A DNA stretch of 64,000 nt from positions 1,288,679 to 1,352,678 of the forward strand of contig JBFWJC010000001.1 in the NCBI GenBank assembly GCA_050253415.1, given 5' to 3'. Below, in pieces: positions 19,407-29,209 of this stretch (position 1 is the first letter of the stretch; the number at the start of each line of letters is the position of its first letter). The notes below the pieces were generated by a model that was not told the DNA's origin, made no database searches, and worked only from the letters and a program-made list of their open reading frames with translations. Position numbers and translations under genes: made by a program. Source of the stretch: Pedobacter sp. (GTDB lineage Bacteria; Desulfobacterota; Desulfuromonadia; Desulfuromonadales; Syntrophotaleaceae).

Positions 19407-19478
19407 AAAAATCACCCATTTTAGGGATAAAAAACCCCCGGCTTAGCGATGGTGTAACCGAGCCCGTTGGAATATTAT
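19407..19478 (+). promoter_or_regulatory. Tandem 22-bp LuxR/NarL-like operator repeats followed by a -10-like TATTAT
   Basis: aaaaatcacccattttagggat and aaaaaacccccggcttagcgat are 16/22 identical. TATTAT at 19473-19478 has no good -35. Confidence 0.5.
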
Positions 19479-19484
19479 CTCCAA

Positions 19485-19893
19485 ACAGAACGAAGCCTCT
19501 GTGCTCCGATACGTATACAGCATTTTAGATAAATGTGCTGCTCAAAATATTCAAATAATATTGAAACTCGATGCTGTCCGTTGATACCGGGCTTACAATT
19601 CTTCCTCCCCAAGAAAATGTTATCGGCGACTTGATCGCCCCTTTTTTCAACAACACCGTAGGATGGTTTTCTCCGGTGAGAATATAAAAAGTATTCTAAA
19701 TTATTTTCCCTGGCGGTCTGACAAGCAGCGACGGAGTTCTTCCTCCCTTGTGAGCTTTACCGACATTCAAACAAGAGTAATGTGTAACGGTTTGTTGTCT
19801 CCCTCCTCCTAAGCACAATCACGACTGTTTCTGTTGTTGGACCGCAATTTTTATTCAAAAACGCCCCGCAGGGAATTCCCTGCGGGGCGTTTT
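19485..19893 (+). ncRNA. Putative structured sRNA with three anti-SD (CCUCCC) loop hairpins
   Basis: No ORF of 60 aa or more. Multiple stems whose G-U pairs favour the + strand. Ends at a strong terminator. The 5' end is estimated. Confidence 0.55.
19857..19893. terminator. Bidirectional intrinsic terminator
   Basis: aaaacgccccgcagggaattccctgcggggcgtttt is a perfect palindrome with A/T tails. Confidence 0.85.
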
Positions 19894-19941
19894 GTTTTTG
19901 TCATAGAGCAGAAACATCCTTAACATGGAGGTGATGTCTGA

Positions 19942-20247
19942 TTACAGCTGCTGATCTTCCTGGGGCCTTTTGCTGCGATGACCAGGTTTGGCCAGAATTT
20001 CCAGGTAAAAAGAATCGAGTTGTTGTGAATCCGCCTTATCAATAGCTTTATTGATGGCGGAAACATGGATAATTTCACTGCTCGCTTCATCAGCTCCGAA
20101 CCGGCAGTCAAAATCCCAAAAATCGACGCCCGGGGGCAGGCTTTTATTGCGTTCTCTTTTCAGATATTTTTTTACTTCATACTTAATGGCTTCAACACGC
20201 CTTGGACGTTTGATCTTGGGATGGTCGAACGTAAAGTTTTTTTTCAT
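19942..20247 (-). CDS. Conserved small protein (DUF6172-like)
   Basis: MKKNF..EAIKYEVKKYLKRERNKSLPPGVDFWDFDCRFG..FYLEILAKPG. Confidence 0.75.
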   Translation of the reverse strand: MKKNFTFDHPKIKRPRRVEAIKYEVKKYLKRERNKSLPPGVDFWDFDCRFGADEASSEIIHVSAINKAIDKADSQQLDSFYLEILAKPGHRSKRPQEDQQL

Positions 20248-20410
20248 AGGGATTCCAAGAAGTTCGTTAGTGTGAATAAGTAAATGATAAGTGCCGACGT
20301 GATATCAGCATGCAGCGTTATTGCCTGGTCGGAGTAATTTTAGTGTAAACCCTTTCCTGTCATTAGCCTACCTGTATTTGGTCTCGCCCTGTCTTTAAAC
20401 AAGCGGACGG

Positions 20411-20676
20411 TTACTTCATTAGACCCTTTTTGCCGCCGCGTCGCTTGATCCCGGTAGAAGAGGTCTGGTGTTTTCGATCTCGTCTTTGCAACGAATGCAA
20501 AGGCGAATACCGGGGATAGCCTTGCGGTGAGCCTCCGGAATAATAGCCTCATATTCTGCACAATGCTTTAAGCTTTAACCTTCAGGCAAAGGACTTCTGG
20601 CCTGATCTATTGCGTCTTTAACCGTGGCGTCTATCTGATCCTGTACGGCCCCATCACGAGACCAACCGATAGCCGT
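20411..20676 (-). pseudogene. YbiI-like DksA/TraR C4 zinc-finger protein, inactivated
   Basis: (ACG)AIGWSRDGAVQDQIDATVKDAIDQARSPLPEG*SLKHCAEYEAIIPEAHRKAIPGIRLCIRC. Start lost, internal TAA, Cys->Tyr, and a frameshift before GIKRRG. Confidence 0.8.
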
Positions 20677-21144
20677 GATTTTGATCCTGTATCAAGTTGT
20701 TTTTCATGATGTTTGGTTGGAATTGAATTCGCGATAATTTGTTAAAAGCTGAATCTTTAGAACTTGTCACGACGGCAGCTGTTGGCAAGTTGCCATTTGA
20801 TTGGTCGTGCCCCGACCAAATCGGCTTAGAAAAGGTAGCCTCTATTTTACAATAACATTCCCCTGTTTTATCCTTTGTGTTACAATAATGAAATTCTAAT
20901 TTTATGAACCGGGGTGGATTGTCCTCACCATATTGGTTCTCTTGATTTCATGTCTTGCAACGGCAGGTTGGATATGAGATCTGCAGTATTTGCCTGTGTG
21001 GCAACATCCTTAACCAAGCGATGGCTTGAGCGTCTCTCCACACACGGTATGTATTCGAATTATAATGGAAGAAGATGGCTGGCTCGATGTGTTCATCGGT
21101 CATTCATGCGTGTATTGGCTGTAGCTTAAATGGAAGGGGAACGT

Positions 21145-21465
21145 ATGTCGTATTGCAGATCCTTCATGGTGGTTTTTACCTTTTGTTTCATGGTCCTCAG
21201 TCCCGGCGCTGCCTCGGCGATGCGTTGTGGGAGCCAAATAGTCAGTAAAGGTGACACCAAGGCAGAGGTGCTGGCAAAGTGCGGTCAGCCATTGTTGCGG
21301 GAATATATTGGCAAAGACGCAGAATTTAAAGATGGCTACGATACTTATAGTGAGCGTATTGTGGAGGAATGGACTTACAATTTCGGCCCGAGGAAATTCA
21401 TGCAGATCCTTCGTTTCCGAGGTAGTACGCTTATCCAAATTATAAATGGTGACAAGGGGTTTTAG
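21145..21465 (+). CDS. Exported DUF2845-family protein
   Basis: Signal peptide, then MRCGSQIVSKGDTKAEVLAKCGQP and VEEWTYNFGPRKFMQILRF. Confidence 0.8.
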   Translation: MSYCRSFMVVFTFCFMVLSPGAASAMRCGSQIVSKGDTKAEVLAKCGQPLLREYIGKDAEFKDGYDTYSERIVEEWTYNFGPRKFMQILRFRGSTLIQIINGDKGF

Positions 21466-21785
21466 TATGATCATAAGTCGTCACCTCTCGGGAGGGTGAG
21501 GCGATTCCGGAGTTTTCACCTTGTTCTGCTCAAGACTCAGCATTTCATTGGTGGCCATTGCGCTACATCCGGCCCTTTAGGAATGGAAATTTCAAAGTTG
21601 ACTATGCTGGCTCTTTTGCCATAATTCCCTTGGCCCTTAAAAAATGTGCCGCTGAAAATACAAAGCCCCCGGAAGCAATAGTGCTCCGGGGGCTTTGTAT
21701 TTATTGTGTGATGAAAAAATATGCGCAGTTGTGTTTAGTGCGAAATAAAAACGGGTTACGAAATAATCCGTAACCCGTTGATTTT

Positions 21786-21861
<76 letters not shown>

Positions 21862-21960
21862 GTGTGTTGTGGAGCCGTTTATAACAAAAGCCTTCGAGTG
21901 GTGTCAACAGGTTTTTTCGTATGAGACCTTTTTTGATGAGGTGGTATGGAGAACCTTGTT

Positions 21961-23247
21961 TTAATAGCACAGGCTTATAAGCGACAGGATAGCAGCGCCT
22001 GCCAGAAAGGGGTCGCATTGACGCCATTTGCCAAGCGCTATCTTGATCAATACGTAAGACAGAAATCCGAAGGCCAACCCGGTGGAAATGGAGTAGGACA
22101 ACGGCATGAAGACGATGGTGAAAAATGCCGGTGCGCCTTCCTCGAAATCGTAAAAATCGATTTTCCCCATGCCGCGCGTCATGAACACGCCGACCATGAT
22201 CAGCGCGGGAGCTGTGGCGCAAGGGGGGACGGTACCTACCAGGGGGGCGAAAAAGGCGGACAGGATAAACAGTATCCCTGTGACGGCTCCGGTCAGTCCG
22301 GTGCGGCCGCCGTCGGAGACGCCGCTGGCCGATTCCAGGAAGGCGGTGGTGGTACTGGTGCCGAGCAGTGCCCCGCCTACCGTGGCCAGGGCGTCGGCGG
22401 TCAACATGCGCGGCAGGCCCGGGATCTTGCCATCCTCTTTGACCATACCGGCTTCCTGGCACACTGCCAGCAAGGTGCCGAGGCTGTCGAACAGATCCAT
22501 GAACATGAAGGTGAAGATGGCGGCCCAGAAAGACAGGTTCAAGGCACCGAGGATGTCGAGCTTGAAGGCGATGGGGGCCGGGGAGGGCGGCAGGGAGACC
22601 AGGGCTTGCGGCAGGTTGGTTTCGCCGCTGCAGATGGCCAGCACCGTTACGGTTAGGATGGAGAATAAAAGGGCACCTCGCACTTTGCGGATCTCCAGCA
22701 GGATGGCAAGCAGCAGGCCAATGAGGCCGAGCAGCGCAGGTCGGGTAATGGGGCCGAGGCTGACGAGGGTGGCGGGGTTGTCGATGATCAGCCCGAGGTT
22801 CTGCAGACCGATGAAGGCGATGAACAGACCGATGCCGACGGCGGTGGCCTGTTGCAAGGATACGGGGATGGCTTTCAGCACCCGTTCGCGGAACCCGAGC
22901 CAGGTCAGAACCAGAAAGAAGATGCCGGACAAAAACACAATGCCGAGGGCGGTCTGCCAGGGCAGCTTCTGGTTGATGACCAATGTGTAGGTGAAAAAGG
23001 CGTTGAGCCCCATGCCCGGCGCCAGCATGATCGGAACATTGGCCCACAGTGCCATGAGCAGGGTGGCCAGACCGGCCACCAGGCAGGTGACGGTGGTCAG
23101 GGCTCCTTTATCCATGCCCGTTGCAGCCAGCATGTCGGGGTGAACGAAGATAATGTAGGCGGCGGCCAGAAAAGTGGTGATCCCGGCGATGATTTCATTG
23201 CGCAGGCAGGTGCCATGCTCTTTGAGGTGGAAAAAACGTTCCAGCAT
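21961..23247 (-). CDS. NCS2/AzgA-family purine permease
   Basis: EIIAGITTF, APGMGLNAFF, DLFDSLGT, ESASGVSDGGRTGLT, YSISTG. Confidence 0.9.
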   Translation of the reverse strand: MLERFFHLKEHGTCLRNEIIAGITTFLAAAYIIFVHPDMLAATGMDKGALTTVTCLVAGLATLLMALWANVPIMLAPGMGLNAFFTYTLVINQKLPWQTALGIVFLSGIFFLVLTWLGFRERVLKAIPVSLQQATAVGIGLFIAFIGLQNLGLIIDNPATLVSLGPITRPALLGLIGLLLAILLEIRKVRGALLFSILTVTVLAICSGETNLPQALVSLPPSPAPIAFKLDILGALNLSFWAAIFTFMFMDLFDSLGTLLAVCQEAGMVKEDGKIPGLPRMLTADALATVGGALLGTSTTTAFLESASGVSDGGRTGLTGAVTGILFILSAFFAPLVGTVPPCATAPALIMVGVFMTRGMGKIDFYDFEEGAPAFFTIVFMPLSYSISTGLAFGFLSYVLIKIALGKWRQCDPFLAGAAILSLISLCY

Positions 23248-23320
23248 GCGGGGCTCCTTGAGGAATGCTTAATATTTGTGAAAAATATTTTTTATCACAT
23301 TCCCCAAGGAGGTTGCACTC

Positions 23321-23390
23321 AGTTTGTGTTTGGAGAGTCGTTTCAAGTCCGTTTTAGTTTGTGTTTGGAGAGTCGTTTCAAGTCCGTTTT
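23321..23390. repeat. Perfect 35-bp tandem duplication
   Basis: agtttgtgtttggagagtcgtttcaagtccgtttt x2. Confidence 0.9.
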
Positions 23391-23745
23391 ATTGTGCAGG
23401 ACTTTGCGGCCGGAACATGGTTAACAGCATCTTCATGTCTGTGCTGGCGCGCACCGCGTGGGGGACGTCGGCCGGCATTACAACGAGACTGCCGGCATCC
23501 GCGATTACAGTTTGTCCGCCGATGGTGATTTCGGCCTGACCCGTCAGGACCTGAACAAAGGCATCGAAGGGGGCGCTGTGCTCGGACAGGGCCTGCTCGG
23601 CGGCAAAGGCGAACAGGGTCAGGGTTCCGACCGGAGTCTGGGTCAGGGTGCGACTGACGATGGCGCCGGGTTGTACGATAACCAGTTCAGCCATGGGATG
23701 GGCGATAGCGGGAGTAAGGGTGCCACTGGCAGGGTGTTTTTCCAT
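23389..23745 (-). CDS. Cupin domain protein
   Basis: IVSRTL..TLFAF..LSEHSAPFDAFVQVLTGQAEITIGG..MPADVPHAV. Confidence 0.85.
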   Translation of the reverse strand: MEKHPASGTLTPAIAHPMAELVIVQPGAIVSRTLTQTPVGTLTLFAFAAEQALSEHSAPFDAFVQVLTGQAEITIGGQTVIADAGSLVVMPADVPHAVRASTDMKMLLTMFRPQSPAQ

Positions 23746-23926
23746 GTCGAATCTCCTGTAGCATGAGGTGATTGAGTCGTTTGGCTCAGGTCAATCCTTG
23801 CATACTGCTTGGGCATGGAGCCTTGATGTCCGTCAAGTATAGATGGTTTTATAAGAAAAACGGGGTTCATCTCTGGTGAGAAGAACCCCGTTTTTATACT
23901 GAATAGATATGTCGCGATTTCAGACG

Positions 23927-24400
23927 CTAGTCCTGCCTGGTCAGGCGTTCGATGTCGAGCAAAATTTTTACCGAATCCTGCATCTTGCCGATGCCGCTCA
24001 CGTAGCGCCCGGACTGCGAATGGCTGGTAGCCGGTGGTGGCTCGACCTGGCTTTCATTGATGTCGGCTACTTCATTGACGTGATCGACCACCAGGCCCAT
24101 GGCGGACCCATCAATATCCACCACCACAATGCAGGTCCGTTCGTCATAGTCACGTGCCGGTAGGCCGAAACGGGCGCGGACATCCATGACCGGGATGACC
24201 TTGCCACGCAGATTGATGACACCTTTAATGTACGGTGGCAGATTAGGTACTTTGGTGATTTTCTGAATGCCGATAATTTCAATGACGTACCTGATCTCGA
24301 TGCCGTAATCTTCTTCGGCCAGAGAAAAGGTAAGAAACTTGTCTTTTAATGTATCTTCGTTCTGGGTGCCAAACCCGGTTTCATCGAGGAGTTGGGCCAT
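23927..24400 (-). CDS. cheW: Chemotaxis coupling protein CheW
   Basis: FLTFSLAEEDYGI, ITKVPNLPPYIKGVINLRGKVIPV, GLVVDHV. Confidence 0.93.
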   Translation of the reverse strand: MAQLLDETGFGTQNEDTLKDKFLTFSLAEEDYGIEIRYVIEIIGIQKITKVPNLPPYIKGVINLRGKVIPVMDVRARFGLPARDYDERTCIVVVDIDGSAMGLVVDHVNEVADINESQVEPPPATSHSQSGRYVSGIGKMQDSVKILLDIERLTRQD

Positions 24401-24661
24401 TGATTAACCTCCGTTTCGGACTGAGTTGCAGGCCGAGGCGTTAGGTGCTTACTTGTTGCCTCCGGTAAATGCCCTGGCAAAGCCACCTTGATTTAAGTGA
24501 TCATTGAACATTATGCAGCTAATTATTATTTTCGGTGTAATTTGTCAAGGTTTACCTTGGTTCGGAATCCTCTTGGAGGAACCCGGGCTGGCTTATTTAA
24601 AGGGTAGTGGGTGAGGAACCGATCGGTAGAAACAATTGTGTTTTTTTTGTTTGCTTTATGC

Positions 24662-24692
24662 TTGACAAGGTTGAAGCCTTTGGTTTATATAA
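24662..24692 (+). promoter_or_regulatory. Sigma70-type promoter for tRNA-Met
   Basis: TTGACA, then ~17 nt, then TTATATAA. Confidence 0.6.
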
Positions 24693-24736
24693 GAGCCCAC
24701 TTGAGGGGGGAAACCCCTGGGGTACCGTTAAAACAA

Positions 24737-24813
24737 GGCGGTGTAGCTCAGTTGGTTAGAGCATGCGGCTCATATCCGCAGTGTCCGGAGTTCGAATCTC
24801 TGCACCGCCACCA
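24737..24813 (+). tRNA. tRNA-Met(CAT), probably elongator
   Basis: GGCGGTGTAGCTCAG..TGCGG CT CAT AT CCGCA..GTTCGAATC..CACCGCCACCA. G1-C72 is paired, so it is not the initiator. Confidence 0.9.
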
Positions 24814-24883
24814 TCATAGAAGACCCTCCTGGATGCCAGCGAGGGTCTTTTCCTTTTTGAGCTGCCGGAGGTCTTGAAGATCA

Positions 24884-26260
24884 ATGCAGGCTCTATTTAA
24901 TCATGTCCTTGTCAAGCAGGCCCGGGTCGAGCCGGGTGACCGGATTCTTGTGGCGTTATCGGGTGGCGCGGACTCGGTAGTGCTGCTCGATCTATTGCTG
25001 AAGGCTGCCGAGGTGCTGAAGATTGAGGTGCGCGCGGCGCATCTCGACCATGGCATGCGAGCGGAAAGTGCTGATGACGCACATTTCGTTCAGGATTTTT
25101 GTCTCCAACGCAAGGTTTCTCTGAACGTTGATCGCCGGGATATCCCGGGGCTGGCTTTGGCCCGCAAGCAGGGGTTGGAAGAGGCTGCCAGGGACGAGCG
25201 ACGGGCCTATCTGCAGGACACAGCCCGGCTGTTTGGCTGTAATCTCATTGCTCTGGGGCACCACCGCGATGATCAGGCCGAAACCTTTTTGCACCGTTTG
25301 TTGCGCGGCAGCGGTCTGTCCGGTCTTGCCGGTATGCGGTTGCGCACAGATCCCTTCATTCGGCCGTTATTGCCGTTTTCCCGCACGCAAATTCTCCAAT
25401 ACCTGGCCGATCATAGGCTTCCCCACGTCGAAGACCTGAGTAACGCCGATACCACCTTTACACGTAACCGCCTTCGGCACGATCTGCTGCCTCATTTGCG
25501 CAAGTTTAATCCCCGTATTGATGAGCATCTGGCGCGTCTCAGCCAACGTATTGCCCTTGAGGAAGAATACTGGGACCTGCAGGTTTCCATGCAGCTGGAT
25601 TCTCTCTGCCAGGAGCACGATGATGGTTTGTGGCTGCCTCGGGAAGAGTTGCGGAACTTGCATCCCGCACTTCGGGCGCGAGTGCTGCGTGCCGCTCTGG
25701 AGCGGTTGCGCGGTGACCTGCGTGGCATCGGGGCGCAACATCTTGGAGCTCTCGAAGATCTGTTGGCCGGTCCTCGGCCTGAGGCTGAAGTGCATCTGCC
25801 GGGAGCTTGGGTGGCGCGTCGATACCAGAAACTGTGGCTGCGTACCGAAGCGCCGCGTGTCGCCGGGAGCTTTGCTGTTGCGGTGCCTGGCCCGGGGGTG
25901 TACGATCTCCCAGGCGGTGGCCGGCTGCTGGTTTCCCTGGAAGATGGTTGTGCGGGGGAGGATGCCTGGAGTGTTGAGTTCGATGCCGCTTCAGTGGCAT
26001 TCCCCTTGATGGTACGATCCTTTGTTCCGGGTGACAGGTTTTATCCAAGCGGTGCGCCGGGTCATCGAAAACTTAAAGATTTTTTTATCGATATCAAGCT
26101 GGAAAGAGAATTGCGCCGCGCATGGCCTTTGGTGGTGGCCGATGAAATCCTGTGGCTTCCGGGGTTGCGCCGCTGTCACGGACGCCATCCGCAACAAGCT
26201 GGCGGCCAGGTGTTGAGACTGGTCGTTTCCGGCATGCATCGGGGCAATCAAAGCTTGTGA
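24884..26260 (+). CDS. tilS: tRNA(Ile)-lysidine synthetase
   Basis: ALSGGADS, HLDHGMR, EEAARDER, HHRDDQAET, IRPLL, RNRLR. Confidence 0.95.
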   Translation: MQALFNHVLVKQARVEPGDRILVALSGGADSVVLLDLLLKAAEVLKIEVRAAHLDHGMRAESADDAHFVQDFCLQRKVSLNVDRRDIPGLALARKQGLEEAARDERRAYLQDTARLFGCNLIALGHHRDDQAETFLHRLLRGSGLSGLAGMRLRTDPFIRPLLPFSRTQILQYLADHRLPHVEDLSNADTTFTRNRLRHDLLPHLRKFNPRIDEHLARLSQRIALEEEYWDLQVSMQLDSLCQEHDDGLWLPREELRNLHPALRARVLRAALERLRGDLRGIGAQHLGALEDLLAGPRPEAEVHLPGAWVARRYQKLWLRTEAPRVAGSFAVAVPGPGVYDLPGGGRLLVSLEDGCAGEDAWSVEFDAASVAFPLMVRSFVPGDRFYPSGAPGHRKLKDFFIDIKLERELRRAWPLVVADEILWLPGLRRCHGRHPQQAGGQVLRLVVSGMHRGNQSL

Positions 26261-26356
26261 ACCTAAAGGGATTATGATAAATTTCGAAAACATTTCAGCG
26301 GTTTTGGCCTTATTCTGGCAAGGCGGGGTTTCGGCCGCGCATAGTAAGGGGGAATA

Positions 26357-28207
26357 GTGAATCCGATCTACAAAAATCTGGCACTTTGGTTGGTTATCTT
26401 GTTGGTCATGCTGACGTTGTTTAATCTTATGACCAGCCATAAGGATGAGCCGAAAGCCATATCTTATACGGCCTTTTTGGATGCCGTGGACGAAGGATCC
26501 GTTCAGGAGGTCATGCTGGAAGGTCCCAATATCGAAGGCAAGGACCGTGACGGTACTGCTTTTAAAACCTTTGCGCCCAATGATCCGAGCCTGGTCGAGA
26601 CGCTGCGTGGCAAGGGGGTAACGATTCAGGCGAAACCCGAGGAAGACCGTAGCTTCTGGATGACGATGTTGTTCTACTGGGGGCCGATCATTCTGTTTGT
26701 CGGCGTTTGGATATTCTTTATCCGTCAGATGCAGTCGAGTGGCGGCAAGGCCATGAGCTTTGGCAAGAGTAAGGCAAGATTGTTGTCCGAATCCGGCAAT
26801 CAGGTGACTTTCAAGGATGTTGCCGGTATCGATGAAGCCAAGGATGAATTGCAGGAGATCGTCGCCTTTCTTAAAGATCCCAAAAAGTTTTCCCGCCTTG
26901 GCGGCCGCATACCCAAAGGTGTTCTGCTGATCGGGCCTCCGGGTACGGGTAAAACCTTGCTCGGGCGCGCCATTGCCGGAGAGGCCGGGGTGCCGTTTTT
27001 TTCCATTTCCGGATCCGATTTCGTCGAGATGTTTGTCGGTGTCGGCGCCAGCCGGGTTCGCGACCTGTTTCTGCAGGGAAAGAAAAATGCACCCTGCATC
27101 ATCTTTATCGATGAGATCGATGCTGTCGGTCGCCATCGTGGTGCCGGCCTGGGAGGCGGACACGATGAGCGTGAACAAACTCTGAATCAGTTGCTGGTGG
27201 AGATGGATGGTTTCGAGTCCAACGAGGGCGTTATCCTTATCGCCGCCACCAACCGTCCCGATGTGCTTGACCCGGCGCTGCTGAGACCCGGCCGGTTTGA
27301 CCGCCAAGTGGTGGTGCCGCGCCCGGATATTAAAGGGCGCGCCATGATTCTGGATGTGCATGCACGCAAGGTTCCGCTTGGTGACGATGTAAAACTTGAA
27401 GTTGTGGCCAAGGGAACCCCTGGTTTTTCAGGTGCCGATCTTGCCAACCTGATCAATGAAGCCGCGTTGCTTGCCGCTCGCAGGAACAAGGATCAGGTGG
27501 ACATGCATGATCTGGAGGAGGCTAAAGACAAGGTTCTGATGGGAGCCGAACGGCGTTCGCTGGTGATTACCGAGAAAGAAAAGCGGGTTACCGCTTATCA
27601 TGAGGCGGGCCATGCAGTCGTGCCCTTGTTCTTGCCGGAAGCTGATCCGGTGCACAAGGTGTCGATTATTCCCCGTGGGCGGGCTCTCGGCGTGACCATG
27701 TTTCTGCCGGAAGAAGAAAAATACAACCAGTCTCGGAGCGGTCTGGAAACGGCTATCTGTGGTTTGCTTGCCGGGCGCGTGGCCGAAGAGTTGGTGTTTG
27801 GTGAAATTACCAGCGGTGCCAGCAACGACATTGAGCGGGCCACCCACATCGCACGCAAAATGGTATGCGAATGGGGTATGAGCGACAAGATCGGGCCGTT
27901 GGCTTTTGGTGAAAAGGAAGCCGAAGTCTTCCTTGGTCGCGATCTGGGCCATGCCCGTAATTACAGTGAAACGACCGCCGTGGAGATCGATAGCGAGATC
28001 CGGCGTATCGTTCAGGAGAGTTATGAGAAGGCTCGGCATATCCTTGAATCGCATCGCGATGGGCTGGTACGTGTCGCTGAAGCCTTGTTGGAGCTTGAAA
28101 CTATCGATGGGGAAGAAGTTCGCCGCATGATTATCGGTGGCGGTGAGCAACCTGCCGGTACAGTAAATGCCCAAAGTTCGGATGATGCCACTACGGTTGA
28201 GGTCTGA
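26357..28207 (+). CDS. ftsH: ATP-dependent zinc metalloprotease FtsH
   Basis: Two TM helices, [19 protein letters not shown]. Confidence 0.98.
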   Translation: MNPIYKNLALWLVILLVMLTLFNLMTSHKDEPKAISYTAFLDAVDEGSVQEVMLEGPNIEGKDRDGTAFKTFAPNDPSLVETLRGKGVTIQAKPEEDRSFWMTMLFYWGPIILFVGVWIFFIRQMQSSGGKAMSFGKSKARLLSESGNQVTFKDVAGIDEAKDELQEIVAFLKDPKKFSRLGGRIPKGVLLIGPPGTGKTLLGRAIAGEAGVPFFSISGSDFVEMFVGVGASRVRDLFLQGKKNAPCIIFIDEIDAVGRHRGAGLGGGHDEREQTLNQLLVEMDGFESNEGVILIAATNRPDVLDPALLRPGRFDRQVVVPRPDIKGRAMILDVHARKVPLGDDVKLEVVAKGTPGFSGADLANLINEAALLAARRNKDQVDMHDLEEAKDKVLMGAERRSLVITEKEKRVTAYHEAGHAVVPLFLPEADPVHKVSIIPRGRALGVTMFLPEEEKYNQSRSGLETAICGLLAGRVAEELVFGEITSGASNDIERATHIARKMVCEWGMSDKIGPLAFGEKEAEVFLGRDLGHARNYSETTAVEIDSEIRRIVQESYEKARHILESHRDGLVRVAEALLELETIDGEEVRRMIIGGGEQPAGTVNAQSSDDATTVEV

Positions 28208-28244
28208 TGATTCGGCAACACGCGATTTTCTTCAAGGTCTATCC

Positions 28245-29180
28245 ATGAGCAGTCAAACCGATTCTGCTATTTCGTCAGAGTTGAGTACCGACTGGTCGTG
28301 CAGATGCTGGGGCAACCCCGAGTCGGCAAGTCTGCCGTTGACCTTGCAGGGGCGCAGTTGTTGTCTCGATTTGCGGCGGCCTGCAATCATGGGAATTCTC
28401 AACGTCACGCCCGATTCTTTCTTTTCCGGAAGTCGTGCCGGGTCTGTTGAGGATGCCCTGGGCCGCGCACGGCGCATGCTGGACGAAGGCGCCGATGTTA
28501 TTGATATTGGTGGTGAAAGTACTCGTCCGGGGGCAACCCTGGTGGGAGAGCAGGAAGAACTCGATCGGGTTGTGCCGGTGATCGAAGCTCTTGCGGCTGA
28601 ACTACCCTGTCCTTTATCCATCGATACCAACAAGAGCGCGGTGGCGCGCGCGGCGGTAGCCGCCGGTGCCGAGTTTGTTAACGATATCAGCGGTTTTACC
28701 TTTGACTCGGCTATGGCCGATACGGTTGCTGCTTGCGGAGCAGGGGCTTTTCTGATGCATACCCGCGGCAAGCCTGTAAGGATGCAGGATAATACCGCTT
28801 ACAATGACCTTCTGGCGGAGGTCATGGGCTATCTTCAAACAGCCGTGAAGCAGGCTGAATCAGCCGGTATTCCGCGCTGCAAATTAGCCATCGACCCCGG
28901 GATCGGTTTTGGTAAGGACCTTTTAGGAAACCTGGAAATCCTTTGTCGGTTGCGGGAGTTGCATGCTTTGGGGTTGCCCGTGCTGCTTGGTACATCGCGA
29001 AAAGGTTTCGTCGGTCAGATCGTCGGTCAATCCGACCCGGCCGAGCGTCTCAACGGCACCCTGGCTACTGTGGCTCTCGGAGTGGCGTGCGGGGCACAGA
29101 TTTTTCGGGTACACGACGTGCGCCCGGCTCGAGAAGCGGCACTCATGGCATGGGCTGTGGTGCATCGCCAGCGCCCTTAA
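28245..29180 (+). CDS. folP: Dihydropteroate synthase
   Basis: MGILNVTPDSF, DIGGESTRPG, DPGIGFGK, GTSRK, RVHDV. Start uncertain. Confidence 0.93.
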   Translation: MSSQTDSAISSELSTDWSCRCWGNPESASLPLTLQGRSCCLDLRRPAIMGILNVTPDSFFSGSRAGSVEDALGRARRMLDEGADVIDIGGESTRPGATLVGEQEELDRVVPVIEALAAELPCPLSIDTNKSAVARAAVAAGAEFVNDISGFTFDSAMADTVAACGAGAFLMHTRGKPVRMQDNTAYNDLLAEVMGYLQTAVKQAESAGIPRCKLAIDPGIGFGKDLLGNLEILCRLRELHALGLPVLLGTSRKGFVGQIVGQSDPAERLNGTLATVALGVACGAQIFRVHDVRPAREAALMAWAVVHRQRP

Positions 29181-29209
29181 ATCCCGGATAACGAGCGGAT
29201 AACGATAAC

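Noticed and set aside
19571..19687. 38-aa + strand ORF (MLSVDTG...) inside the candidate sRNA
   Set aside because: No SD and no recognisable features. A dual-function RNA cannot be fully excluded.
19595..19820. Minus-strand CsrB/RsmZ-like GGA-loop RNA
   Set aside because: Several stems need G-U pairs that become A-C mismatches on the minus strand. Promoter and terminator orientation also favour +.
24737..24813. tRNA-Ile2(CAT), suggested by adjacency to tilS
   Set aside because: The acceptor stem GGCGGTG resembles elongator tRNA-Met and lacks the C4-G69/C5-G68 pairs typical of TilS substrates. tRNAscan-SE isotype scores would settle it.
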